The notes under the pieces: generated by a model
Told to the model about the DNA's origin: nothing
What the model saw: the letters and a program-made list of their open reading frames with translations, nothing else
The model's database searches: none
Translations under genes and position numbers: made by a program
Assembly (NCBI RefSeq): GCF_009914755.1
Contig: NC_060928.1
DNA from: the human T2T-CHM13v2.0 reference genome, Homo sapiens
Length of the DNA: 64,000 bases
Strand: one strand, 5' to 3'
Shown: piece after piece, positions 27,353-41,200 of the stretch
Position numbering within the stretch: position 1 is the first letter of the stretch
How the letters are laid out: every line of letters begins with the position of its first letter

Positions 27353-29139
27353 TCAACATCTTGTTTGTATACAATACAGAAAATATGAATATATTTGGAT
27401 CTGTTAATAACCATGAAAAAATGTGTTATGAGAAAACATATTTCTGCAAGTTATAAAATGGTTCTTGTCTGCAAAATGGTGATATAAAATAGTTCAAAAT
27501 TTTTTACTTCCCAAGTTTTCACTAAAAAGTAAGGTTATTAACATTAAAAATAACTCCTTATGTGAGGAAAGTAAGACAAAGTAAGATATGTGTTTGGTAA
27601 ATGAAGCTTACATGGTAGGTGTGTTTTAGGTTAGGAAAAAATAAAGGTAATTTTTGTTCTAACATAGACTGATGGTTGCAAAGTGAGAAAGAGAAAAGAT
27701 TTGTGGAAGATGAATCTTGTAAAGGAAATTTTATGTATGATCATGCTGGCTAAAATTACAAGGGAATTATTTAAAAGTTTTTTTCTAAAAATTGAGCATT
27801 AATATCAAAAATATACAGTACAAAACTGGAATTTGGTCCTCTCTATTAAAGCAACAAGATTTTCCTGGAGTATTGATCTGCTATTCATGGAAAATAGTGA
27901 AAGTTTTTTCTTTTAACCTTTTAAGTAACTGGCCAAAGCAAAAAAGTTTCTGTGTTTTATCAACATGAATCCTTGTGCTTTATGTTGTTTTTATTAAGTT
28001 TTGATGACAAAAAACTAAGTCCTCTCTGTTAAAGAGTTAAGGTTTTTCCAGCACTATATAACTTACTGTATTTACTTTTAAATTCTTTTTGTTATCACTC
28101 TCATTAAATGGATGGGTATTATTTCACAGTGATCTGTGATCCCACTTTGACCAGGTATTTGAAATATTTGATTTTTTGACAGATGCACAAAATCAAATTC
28201 TAAATTAAGTCATTTTCTTGACCTTGATTTGACTTTGGTATTTTCCAGTTGGCTCCCCGGCAGCAATAAAAGATATGTTTCTCACCTTGTGAAATAGAGA
28301 TACTAAACTAATAGTGCTAATTTAACATTTTGGATTACATAGAAAGCATCACCAAATGATAAGTGATGCTAAATTTTTAAGATTATATTTATTGGTATAT
28401 TATTGATATGAGTGTTCTAAAAAAGTATGGGATTTCTATAAATCTAACATGAGCATAATTTTGGTTACCATGTTAAAATGTTTTCTACCACAGAAATAAC
28501 CAAATTTCTTTGTCAAGTGCTGGTTAAAATTAACTCTCAGATTTTAACCTTGAACAGCCTAAGTCACTGTCATCCACAGTGGTTTTGCTTCTTCTCTAAA
28601 AGCATTTGCAGTCAACTACAGTCAAAAATTTCTTCTTGTTCAAGGAGATTTATAGAAAGAAAGGATGGAAGGGAATCTGATAAATACAGTTTTTTTATAT
28701 AATCTTAAGATTATACAATTGGACTGGTAAGATTTCCCAGAACTCTAATGAAGAGACCACATGGTTTATGAAACTAACCCAACATCAAGCAGAACAAGAA
28801 TGAATTAAATACGAAGGAAATAGGCAGATTTTTATGCTAAGTCCACCAATACTGAAGTTGTTAAGTGATTTAAATAAACTTCATGATCAAATTACCTATG
28901 ATAACCCATTTAATAAACAGTTCTATGTACCCAATTTAGAGAATCAAAATTGATATTTAAAATGATATAAATCAAATGTTAAATGTGAACTCATGAAGAG
29001 CCTGGACAGCTTTCTGGTTTTACTGAGTCCTTAAAGCTCTAACTACTAAAAACTCTCCAATCCCTGACTCATCATGGAAGATATAAAATTATCAAAATTA
29101 TGAAAAAAATTGTGTAGTGACTGTTCTAAAATTGCTACA

Positions 29140-29900
29140 ATGTTTATGACCCACGTTTGGCCTGTCAAATCTATAATCCTTGAAATTCAATGAAAATTTT
29201 TGGTTCATTTCTGCTACCTGATGGGTCATTTGAACATTAATAGAGGGATTTCATTCATTTGCCATTTCAATGCATGTTTTCTCATTGTATATGAGCTTTT
29301 TCATGCATGAAGGCTGATGCTATAAAAGCAGTTAAAAGGTTATTAGAAAATATGTTTTGCTCTTTGGGCATTCCTGGAGAAATCTCCAGCAATGGAAGTA
29401 CTTGCTTCACTGTACAAGTTGTAAAACAGTTAAATAAGGAATTACAAATGGAATAGTATTAGGTAAAGCTAACTGAATTAATTGGATTTCCTTGGTCAAA
29501 GGCACTGCCGGTGGATGGAAATAAGATTCATTTCCAATAAAAATATAAGTTGACCGTGTATAGTCACTGTATGGCCTATGTTCCTAATAATAGAATGCCA
29601 TGTATCTCCTGCTCTCCTGAAATCTAATATGACTAAATGCTTCAAGGTTTTATTGCATTATACCAAAGCATATTTTCTTTAGGTAAGAAAAGCATTCTGT
29701 GATCTACTGATCAAGGATAATCAAACCTCTTATGATCTAAAACCTGGAGATTAGGTCTTCTATAAATTACATTAAAGAAAACCTGCCCTTGTACCCCATT
29801 GAAAGGGACCATACAAAGTTTTTCTCACCACACAAACTGAAAAAACAAAACCCCTGGGGGCCTCAAATCTTGGGTCTGCATCTCACAAGTTAAAAGGGTT
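29140..29900 (+). pseudogene. Degraded retroviral integrase (pol 3' end)
   Basis: From 29310: KADAIKAVKRLLENMFCSLGIPGEISSNGSTCFTVQVVKQL (IN core); near 29800 KGPYKVFLTT (GPY/F domain); many stops and frameshifts. Confidence 0.82.
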
Positions 29901-30034
29901 TCTCATATTCTTGGAACTGTACATCCATGGGAGACCTTAATGTAAAACTAAGCAGGCAAGTTTCTCCCCCAAAGCAGACAGCATTGTAGACCGACAGCTT
30001 TTCCAAGACCACAGATCAAGACTTCTCTGCCATC

Positions 30035-31240
30035 ATGAAACTCTTGCCCATCTAAATTTTTTCCTTGCTTATGCCCATCTCTTTGGCTGGGCAGGATAAT
30101 GCTGTAATTAGAATTTTGCAATCACTAGCATCTGTGGGTAAATTGATGAAGAGTTGAATCTTTCACGCCAAACCTAGATCTGTGCATGATCTAAAGAATC
30201 ATTTAGTTCAGCCAGTAACTTTGGCAACATCTCTAATGTAACTGTTGTTCAAATTGTACTAGTGAGGTAAGATTCCTAGACCTATTTGTTCTCATAACCT
30301 TTTTTAATTTAACCTAGTCATTCTATACAAGAACCTAGACCAATAAGTATATCACAAGACAGATTTGCACCAACATCCCAAATGGAGTGTCTTCGAAAAC
30401 TGACTTATGTGCCAGGATAGTATAGTTCTCTTTTAATCTGTAAGAACTCTGCCTTAGATTCTTGGATAGAAACTGTAAATTTCACTATTTAAAGTAATGC
30501 ATCCATGAATAATAGAACTGAAAAAGAGGCCTTGTGTGCACTCATGGGGTATACTTCTATTTGTGGAGGATTTCAGAGTGAAACTTATGCACTAAAAACC
30601 TTATGCCTTCATGGATGGAAGCTGAAGGGCCAATGTTCTAAGAACTTTAATGGTGTCTTTATTACTCCACAATCAATCAGAAACAGAACATTGGTCCACT
30701 TCTCTTAACTTACATCATAGGTTAAAAATAACATTGCCAGGGGCCATCAATCTTTCTGAATGGGCATCAGTTTGTTAAGCCAGTCTTTCTCCCCTGTGGC
30801 TTGGAGTAAATATAAATGAAGCAATGATTCGAAGTTTATTCCTCACAATTGGCTTTACAGTAGATTGTAATGCAAAAGTTATGGTTGCACAACAGACTTT
30901 TAAATTCTCTTGTTAGAGTTGTACTGGATAATAGAATTTCTCTAGCTCACCTACTGGTTAAATAGAAAAAAATCTATGCTGTTACTGATACTTCTTACTG
31001 CACATGCATGAGCACAGCTGGTATTATAGAGACTCAGTTGAAGGGGATTAATAAACAGGCTGCTTGGTTAAAACAGGTAGACTCTTTGTATCATTTTTTA
31101 TCTTTTTGTTTCTTCCTGGTTTGCTTCACAGAGATCCTGGCTAAGGAGCATATTCCAAACTCTTGTTATCATCCGCCTAAGAATCATAATAATCTGCTGG
31201 GCACACTGTATTCTCTCAAAAGATTCAATGTGTGCTTGTA
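30035..31240 (+). pseudogene. Degraded gamma-type env (SU C-terminus + TM)
   Basis: LCALMGYTSICGG...CLHGWKLKGQC; LGVNINEAMIRSL; immunosuppressive-domain-like VVLDNRISLAHLL; decayed CX6CC; GIIETQLKGINKQAAWL. Confidence 0.82.
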
Positions 31241-31441
31241 GCCATCTGAAGAATGTCAAATGATCTCTCTGGTACTGGAATGACAAAATCCCAAATAAAT
31301 ATGTGATCATGAGAACATCATAACCTATGAATGGCATGTTGAGACCAAAGCCCCAAAATTATGGTAACTCAGAGTAGCATTAATGGCCTAAGGTTTGGTC
31401 ACAATCTCTCTTAGCTGAGAACCTGACCAAAAGAAAGAAAT

Positions 31442-31800
31442 TGTTAAAATTATGGGGAGTCATTGTTTCAGACTGAGCTTCTGAAGTGGGCCCCAACAAA
31501 TTAGATTAAACAAAAATGAAGTCACTCATGCTAAATACCACATAATCAAAGTGAAACTTTAAGAAAGCAGAGAGATCTCAAAACATATTTTTTTTTTCTT
31601 CCTGAGAACAGGAGATTCCTGTCTGCCTGAGTGAGCATAAGAAAGCCTCCTCTACTTTTACTTTGCAGAGAAATGGCCTGAGGTGGCCTTATCTTGACCA
31701 ATCAGTTTTTTTGTTGTTGTATTGTTCTGTTTTTTTATCGTTCTGTTTTCTTGTTGCCACCATGCAAAACCCACTGTTCTGTTATTGCCCAATGGGAGCT
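31442..31800 (+). mobile_element. Second, different LTR U3 segment (MER101-like) inside the provirus
   Basis: Starts tgttaaaattatgggg right after a PPT (31429-31440); CCAAT box; truncated before the poly-A signal. Confidence 0.65.
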
Positions 31801-32966
31801 GAGACCAAATATGTCCATTTATAATAATAACAGAGAGTGACATCAATGTTCGAAGTTTTGGTCAATCCCTCAAAATTAAGAGGCTGACCAAAAGGAAAGA
31901 ATTTTTAAATAAATCTAAATTTAGGCCTTAGAAGCCTCCATATAAGTCCTATGTAACAAACTGCATCCTAACTCGATACATAAACAAACTGAAAACCCAA
32001 CTTACGAATTTGCTTTTGTAATAACTGAGAATCATCAAATTATAGCAACTGAACAGCTAGCTAGCTGTCTCTCTATCTCATTTCCTTTTTCTGTCCATAA
32101 ATATTATTCAACCAGTGGCAGCCCTAAAGTTACTGGGAAGCTTTTCTGGTTTGGGGGCTACTTAAATTTGATTTGTTTAAAGATTTTTGTTTAACAACGT
32201 CTTCATCCATTCAATAGAGATGATAGTGGCTATTGCAAAACATTTTTATGACAATTAGTAAGTCAATACACACAAATATATAGAGCATTAAGTGGTATGT
32301 CACATGATATAATTATTAACAACTTATATTTATAAACAAGAAAAGTATAATGAATACATTATAAACATCATTAGTTATGAAGTCAAAGGAGTATCAGAGT
32401 CAGTGTCATAACAGGTCTGAGTGTTAGCCCTGTCACATACCAGCCATATCATCCAGGTAAAAGTTGGTTTATTGATACAAAATTTCTTTGGATAAAAAAA
32501 TAAATAAATAAAATAAAGAAGAATCTCTACTTTCCCATGAGAATTTACTGTGTGGAGTCACATCACATTTTCCTCTCAACTGAAGAGTTTATTATAGATT
32601 TGCTCTATTATTAGAAATATTTGCTCTGTTTTCTTATGCTAATTCCAAGATGCCACACAGTAGCTGCCTGTCTTTCACTACTGATTATGTGAATCCTTAA
32701 AATCAATAACGCCGAGTCTAATGTTTTAACTGGTTATTTGAGAACATGGGACAGTTTAAGTTTACATAAAGTTTACTCAAAAATGAGAGGAGGAAAAATT
32801 AATTCACAAAAATTCAATAAAAACAGTTGGGTCTTAACAGATGACCATCTCCTGGCATGAAAGTTCATTCCTAATATTTAGGCAGTAGTGATCCTACTAC
32901 AAAAATTTTGGAGGTATTTCTTGAACGTCCCTGCACAGGGTATATGGACCGCAGTTGTAAAACTGA

Positions 32967-33313
<347 letters not shown>

Positions 33314-34199
33314 CTCAGTGTGTTCTTCACATTGTTTCAATAAAGTTCTCAGAATTCCCACAACATTTTAAAGCAATGAGATTTATGTAGCCAGAATGCC
33401 TAGCTGTTTTCTTAAAGAATCTAACCAATCTTGGTGTCTACAAGATCACACTTTAAGTAAGTCGATCATTCTGCACAGGAAATCCTGCACACAGTTTATT
33501 CGATACTAACTCAGGTTATGCTTTTCCAGAGTGATGGCTCACATCTTTCCACCAAGCCCTTTGTGGAAGTCGTTTGTGTTGTGGCTATAGTTGTCTGTAC
33601 TGGTTAGGAATTACTTCACTTGAGAGTAACAATATCTTACTAGAAATAGTACGAAATGAAGTTTTAGTTTTTCTCTAACAGTGAAAGGTCTGTTTTGGTT
33701 TAGTGTCAAAATATTTGGGCTCTGGGTTAGCGTTCTAAGATTCACTTGACTGCATGATTATCTCTGGCTGCAACTGCTCCAAGAATCACATACTTTCACA
33801 ATTGCATTCAGAGGCAGGTTTGGGTATGGGGGCAAGGAGAAGTAGATCATGAGGCAGAATGTCTCTCCCTCCAGGGCTTCTTTTTATGGAGGAGAATCTT
33901 TCCCCAAAGGCTTCTGAAGCTCATTGTTCCTTCCTCTCACTGGCCTGAACTGAGCTATGTGTCTACTGCTCCTACGTTAAGTAGTTAGTTTCATCTTTTC
34001 TGGTATTAGAACAAAACCAAAATTGACATTAGTTTGGCTTTAGGCAAACACCAGAGTTGACCATCTTCGTTTTTTCTGCTTTGCTTTGTTTTGTTTTTCA
34101 GATTTACTTTACTGAATAAGTAATTCAAACTAACAAAAAGCATGTAATACAAAAAAAAAAATCCCAGATTTCTCAAAAAATAATATTTTACCACATTAA

Positions 34200-35780
34200 T
34201 GTTGTTAGTCTCTCTCTCTCTTCCATGTTACATTAACACATACTATTTTTAAATGATTTGGCATTAATTTGTACACACAATTTACCAGTATCCTAAATAC
34301 TTAAGTATACACACACATACACACAAACAGACACACAACTACAAAAACTACAATATAACCCTACCATTATTGCCCTCAAATCAGAAAAGCAACATTGATT
34401 CAATATTTCTCATAATTATATTTAGGTCATTCATTTCTGAACAGCAATATCGCAGAAATGATGCTATGTTCTCAGTACCCTAATAGGTGCTATACAATAT
34501 TGATTTGTTCTAGCATTGTCAAAGTAAACAATGACCACATGATTAAATTGGCATCTTCTAGGTTTCTCCACTGTAAAGTAATTTTCTTCCTTTGTAATTA
34601 GTATTTTGTTGGGAGCTACTTTAAGACTATTAAGATATCCTATTTCTCATGAAACTTCCACCCATTAGTTTTAGCATTGTTGATGATTCATACTTTAATC
34701 ACTTATTCGTATGATGGTTAATAAACAGTAATTTCATAATTCTATCCCTCCATATAAATTTGTTACTTGGGATTCTACTCTTAGAAAGAGCTTTCTCTTC
34801 TCTCTATTAATTCATTTGTATTAGCATACACTCCTGGATTTCTACTTTATTAGTGGATTAAAATTCAATAATATTATTTTGATGCTCAATTTCTCCCAGA
34901 TTTGGGACACAGTGGAAGCCCCTTCAAGCTGACTTCTATATACCTTTGACATGTCATCATTACTCTTTAAACACTTCTTTCTGACAAAACAAAGTTGTTT
35001 CATGCCCAGTGCTATGGACTGTTTGTGTCCCCACAAAATTCATCTGCTAAAATTCTAACCCCAGTTGAATATATTGGTAGGTGGGGGACCTTTGAGAGTT
35101 GATTAGGTCATGAGGATGGAGCCCTCCTAAATGGTATTAGTACTTTTATAAGGAGATAGAGATCAGAGCTCTCCTCTTTCTCTCTATAGGAGGATACAAT
35201 GGGAAGTTGGCCATCTACAAACAGAAAGCCAGTCCTCGCCAGACACTGATCTGCCAGCATCTTGACCCTGGACTTCCTAGCCTCCAGAAAAATGAAAAAT
35301 AAATATTGTTTAAGCTACCCAGTGTATAGTAACTGCTTATAGCAGTCCCAACTAAGACATTCAGTGTGTATTTTTGTTGTCTCAAACTCAGAATCATCCA
35401 TTTCTGTAAGGAATACTCATTTCTTTTAGTAGAGAATGGTATTCATAAACTAAGACCTAGACTCTCTATATACTCATTGCTGCTTGGGTCTTGTTCCTGT
35501 TAGGCCTTCTTAATAGATAAAGCTAGGAAATATGTATGTATATGCATATATATTATATAGGTACGTTTGCTTTTATATTTATTTATATATATATCTCTAT
35601 TAAGAATTATGAGTTTATTCCAATACCTCCAATTTTTAATCTAAACTTTAGGGATGGTCTAGCCTTACCCCGTTCCACATTTCTAACTTTCTTCTCCAAC
35701 AGTAATAAGCCTGTCTCCCATTTTTCGTGATATATTAATTTATTTTCTGAAGTCTCCTTCATGTAACCAATCTCTCAGCA
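34200..35780 (-). mobile_element. L1MC-type 3' region, interrupted by MLT1A
   Basis: ggtttctccactgtaaagt...cctttgtaatta...ttttgatgctcaa motifs. Confidence 0.7.
35010..35359 (+). mobile_element. MLT1A0-like solo LTR
   Basis: tgctatggactg...aactaagaca termini. Confidence 0.88.
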
Positions 35781-36436
35781 AGACTAGTTCTTTACACTGG
35801 CCATAAGCACTTCTGGCTTGGCCTTGACTGCATGAAGACCTTCTTGTTTACCTCAGAAAAATAAGCAAATGAATGTTGGACTAGTCACTTAAGGATTGTA
35901 TGTGTTCATTGTGACTACGGTGGCATGATTTAGTCATTAAACAACGCAGTGATTTGGCCGCATTGCATTGACCACCCGTCTTGGCCTCTTCCTTGCTTCA
36001 ATCCTGGCCACATCAGCTGCATTTTTTTCCGTCCTTGATTATTTTTTTCTCATCACTTGACATATAAATATTTTGGTACAATGTACTGTAATGAGTTCCT
36101 TAGAACTACTTTGGCACAAAGCCACAGAAATAAAATGATTGAGCTATTCAGTTGGAACAAGGTCTCCAGCCCATGTGAACACTGAAGGGTACATAGATTA
36201 ATGGAGTAAGAAAATAAAAACACTCACAAATTATCAAATTATTTGTTCAAATCTCCCTATTTCAACAATGAAACATTGTTAAACATTATTCCACAAACAT
36301 TTTTCCAAACCTTCCATATTTAAAACCTACACCAATTTCTCTGCTGTTGTGACATGTTGTGCCTTCTTTTTTCTAGGAACTTATTCCCTTCTACTTAAAC
36401 GTCTGTTTGTCAGTCTTTGAAAGTAGCTTTGGAGCC

Positions 36437-37181
36437 TGATATGGTTTGGGTGTCCCCATTGTGATGGTTAATACTGAGTTTCAACTTGATTGGATTGAGG
36501 GATACAAAGTATTGATCCTGGGGCTGTCTGTGAGGGTATTGCCAAAAGAGATTAACATTTGAATCAGTGGGCTGTTGAAGGCAGATCCACCCTTAATCTG
36601 GTGGGCACAATCTAATCAGCTTCCAGCAAATATAAAGCAGGCAGACAACATGAAAAAGAGAGACAAGCCTAGTCTTCCAGCTTACATCTTTCTCCCGTGC
36701 TGGATGGTTCCTGCCCTCAAACATCGGACTTCAAAATTTTCAGTTTTGGGACTGGACTGGCTGTCCTTGTTCCTCAGCTTGCAGACAGCCTATTATGGGA
36801 CCTTGTGATAGTGTATTATATATCCTATTAGTTCTGTCCATCTAAGAGAATCCTGACTAATACATCACCAAAATCTCATCTTGAATTTTAATCCCCATAA
36901 TCCTCATGTGTCAAGGGTGGCACCTCATGGGAGGTGATTGGATCATGGGGGTGGTTTCCCCCATGCTGTTCTCGTGAGTTCTCATGAGATCTGAAGGTTT
37001 GAACTCACACACTCTTTCTTGCCTGCTGCATGTAAGACATACCTTCTCCCCTTCACCATGATTGTAAGTTTCCTGAGGCCTCCCCAGCCATGTGGAACTG
37101 CGAGTCAATTAAACCTCTTTTCTCTGTAGATTACCCAGTCTTGGGTATGTCTTTACAGCAGTATGAAAATGAACTAATACA
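36437..37181 (+). mobile_element. THE1D-like solo LTR interrupted by MLT2A
   Basis: tgatatggtttgg start, resumes at 36865 (aaatctcatcttgaatt), ends aactaataca. Confidence 0.88.
36460..36864 (+). mobile_element. MLT2A (HERV-L) solo LTR
   Basis: tgtgatggttaatactgagt.tcaacttgattggattga...cctgactaataca. Confidence 0.92.
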
Positions 37182-37999
37182 CAACCCTTTGAAGACAAAA
37201 TTAGTTATGCATTTCCATATCCACAAAGGTTAGCCCAGGACCTAGCTCACTGATGTTTGATAAACCCTTGCCAAATCACTGAATTATTTAATGATAAAAT
37301 ATTGCCACAATGGTCCAAATGAACAAATACAATCATTAGGTGAATAGTCTAAAATGTATTTGCCTTTTCTTCCTTCTTATGGATCTTTAACACACTTCCG
37401 TAAACCACTGTTGCACATCCTTTTCTGCATCTGCCCTTGTGTGTGTGGTTGCTACTCTCTTCACATTAGTGAGGCTCTTTAAATTCCTGAGACCAGCCAG
37501 ACACTTAGAAAGAGAGATTCTGTCTATCTCCAATGTCCTAATTTGAGTAGGACTCAGAATGGCCAACTTATAAGAAGATTTTACAAGCCATGATATTACT
37601 GTATTTTCCAGTGTTTTCCAAATTCTACTTACCCTCATCTCCCAATAATCCACATTCGTTTAACTGGGAAACCAAAAAGAGAAGCTCTTGTTTACCTTAT
37701 TTGTTTCTCTTACATAGCAAGTTCTCAGACACTACTCTTAAACATGTAAGTTTAGAATTAAAATTTCACAGATGCCAATGTTTTTAAAATGTAATTTTCA
37801 GAGGCTATGAGCGCCTGAGAGAGAAAATATTATACAAAAGATAATGAAAATAATAAAACAATTCTGAAGCTATTATATGAGACAGAACACCACCATCTAG
37901 AAAGCAAAGTTATTACCAGCAAAAGAAGACTTGTGAGGTAGTCTCTGCTCTACTCTTGGCCTCAGCAGCATCTGGAACAGGAATTCTAGGTCCCTATGC

Positions 38000-38215
38000 C
38001 TGTGCTGTCCAATATGGTAACAGCCACTGTGGCTGTTGTGTACTTGAAATGTGGCTGCTCTGAGTTAAGATGTCTATGAGTGTAAAATGCAGATCACATT
38101 TTGAAGATTTGGTTTAATTTAAAACATGTAAATTTCTCTTACCGATTTTTAAAACGGATTACACATTAAATGATTACATTACAAATGTATGGGTTTCAGT
38201 GAAATATATTATCCA
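38000..38215. mobile_element. MER33/MER3-like hAT-Charlie MITE fragment
   Basis: gctgtccaatatggta..cacttgaaatgtggct-type motifs. Confidence 0.7.
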
Positions 38216-38239
38216 TTGTTGCTTTATTTCTCTGCTCTC

Positions 38240-41200
38240 TTTTATAACAAAAGGTCTTAAAAGCATTGCTAATTGCCACTGTCCCCATTTATTCACCTTA
38301 CATTCTCTCCTCTATAACCTCCAATCAGCACCAATACCTCAATTAGCAAGGTTTCAAATCACCTTTACATTGCAAACTTCTGTGGCTATGACTTTACTTT
38401 TAATGAATTTGATCTCATAGCATTATTTGACACAGTTGATGACTCCATCCTTCCTGAAATTGTCTCCTTTATTGGCTTGACTGAAACTCCATGCTTCTGG
38501 TTTTTCCCTTTACCTCCCTGAAGCAACCCTTTGCTGATTCCTTTCCCCCTCTGTGACCGTAAACTCATTCTTGGACATTCACCTTTCATCAACATTTACT
38601 CTCCCGTTTACCCAGTCTTTTTCCTTAAACCCCATTGGCATAGGAGGAATCTAAAATGTTTCCTTAAGTCCTAAGTTATTTCCAAAATTCATATATACAA
38701 CTACTGTTTGGTATCTCTATCTGGTTTTCTGATAAGCACCTCAAAATTAACTCAATTCTCTCTTGATTCTCCCTTGGTTTCTCCCTTTCAGTACACCTGC
38801 CAGTCTTCTCAGTCTTAGTTGATGGCAGCACCATCTGCCCCATTGCTTAGGCCCAACATCTAGGATCTATCCTGTCTTCTGTAATATCCAATTCATCAGT
38901 GTATCAGGTTGACTCTTTTTCTAAAGCATATTTCAAACCTGATTATTTCTCTCAATATTCTCTGGCTGCTTCCTGGTCCAAACCACCATTTTCTCTCACA
39001 TGAACTGTTGTAATAATCTACAAAATAGTTTTCCTGCTTTTACTCATACCCCACTACATAACCCATTCTCCATATTGTGAGCAGAGCCATTGTATTGTCT
39101 GTTTTCATAAAGACATACCTGAGACTAGGCAATTTACAAAAGAAAGAGGTTTAATTGGACTTACAGTTCCATGTGGCTGGGGAAGCCTCACAATCATGGT
39201 GGAAGGTAAGCAAGAGCAAGTCACATCTTACGTGGATGGCAGTAAGCAAAGAGAGAGCTTGTGCAGGAAAATTCCCCCTTATAATAACCATCAGATCTCG
39301 TGAGGCTTACTGTCATGAGAACAGCATGGGAAAGACCTACCCCCGTGATTCAACTACCTCCCAGCGGGTCCCTCCCACAACACATGAGAATTCCAGATGG
39401 GGGACGCAGTGGGGACACAGCCAAACCATATCAGTCCGCCCCCAGCCCCTCCCAAATTTCAAGTCTTCACATTTCAAAACCAATCTTGCCTTCCCAACAG
39501 TCCCCCAAAGTTTTAACTCATTTCAGCATTAACTCAAAAGTCCACAGTTCAAAGTCTCATCCAAGACAAGGCAAGTCCCTTCTGCCTATGAGCCTGTAAA
39601 ATCAAAAGCATGTTAGTTACTTACTAGATATAGGTATTGTACAGGCATTGGGTAAATACAGCCATTCCAAATGGGAGACATTGGACAAAGCAAAGGGGCT
39701 ACAGGCCCCATGCAAGTCCAAAATCCAGCAGAGCAGTAAAATCTTAAAGCTCTAAAATGATCTCCTTTGACTCCAGGTGTCATATCCAGGTCACACTGAT
39801 GCAAGAGGTGGGTTCCTATGGTCTTGGGCAGCTCTGTACCTGTGGCTTTGCTGGGTACAGCCTCCCTCCTGGCTGCTTTCACTGGCTTACACTGAGTGTC
39901 TGCGGCTTTTCCAGGTGCATGGTGCAAGCTGTCAGTGGATCTACCATCCTGGGGTCTGGAGGACAATAGCCATCTTCTCACAGCTCTACTAGGCAGTGCC
40001 CTAGAAGGGACTCTGTGTGGGGGCTCCAACCCAACATTTCCCTTCTGCACTGTCCTAGCAGAGGTTCCCCACGAAAGCCCCACCCCCACAGCAAACTTTT
40101 GCCTAGACATCCAGGTGTTTCTGTACATCTTCTGAAGTCTAGGTGGAGGTTCCCAAACCTCAATTCTTGACTTCTGTGCACCGGCAGGCTCAACACCATG
40201 TGGAAGCTGCCAATGCTTGGGGCTTCCACCCTCTGAAGCAACAGCCTGAACTGTACCTTAGCCTCTTTTAGTCAGGTTGGAATGGCTGGGACGCAGGGCA
40301 CAAAGTCCCTAGACTACACACAGCACAAAGACTCTAGGCCTAGCCCACAATACCATTTTCTCCTAGGCCTCTGGGCCTGTGATGGGAGGGGCCACTGTGA
40401 AGACCTCTCATATGCCCTGGAGACATTTTCCCCAGTGTCTTGGGGATTAACATTCAGCTCCTCGTTACTTACGCAAATTTCTGCACCTGGCTTCAATTTC
40501 TCCTCAGAAAATTGATTTTTCTTTTCAATCACATTGTCAGGCTGCAAATTTTCTGAACTTTTATGCTCTGCTTCCCATATAAAACTGAATGCCTTTAACA
40601 GCACCCAAGTCACATCTTGAATGCTTTGCTGCTTAGAAGTTTCTTCTGCCAGATACCCTACATCATCACTCTCAAGTTCAAAGTTCCACAAATCTCTAGG
40701 GCAGAAGCAAAATTCTACCAGTATCTTTGCTAAAACATAACTAGAGTCACCTTTGCTCCAGTTCCCAACAATTTCCTCATCTCCATCTGAGAACACCTCA
40801 GCCTGGACTTTATTGTCCATATCACTATCAGGCTTTTGGTCCAAGCCATTCAATGAATCTCTAGGAAGTTCCAAACTTTCCCCCATTTTCCTGTCTTTTG
40901 AGATCTCCAAACTGTTTCAACCTCTGCCTGTTAGTTCCAAAGTCGCTTCCACATTTTTGGGTATCTTTTCAGCAATGCCTCACTCACTGGTGCCAATTTC
41001 CTGTATTGGTCCATTTTCACGCTGCTGATAAAGACATGCCCGAGACTGGGCAATTTACAAAAGAAAGAGGTTTAATTAGACTTATAGTTCCACGTGGCTG
41101 GGGAAGCCTCACAATCAAGGTGGAAGGCAAGGAGGAGCAAGTCACATCTTAGGTGGATGGCGGCAAGCAAAGAGAGAGCTTGTGCAGGAAAACTTCCCCT

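Noticed and set aside
30035-31240. Domesticated env (syncytin/HEMO-like) gene
   Set aside because: Multiple stops and frameshifts, degenerate ISD and CX6CC; no long ORF
40314-40910. 198-aa ORF (and the overlapping 171-aa ORF 39613..40128) as a gene
   Set aside because: Standard THE1 internal ORF remnants, broken by stops and frameshifts
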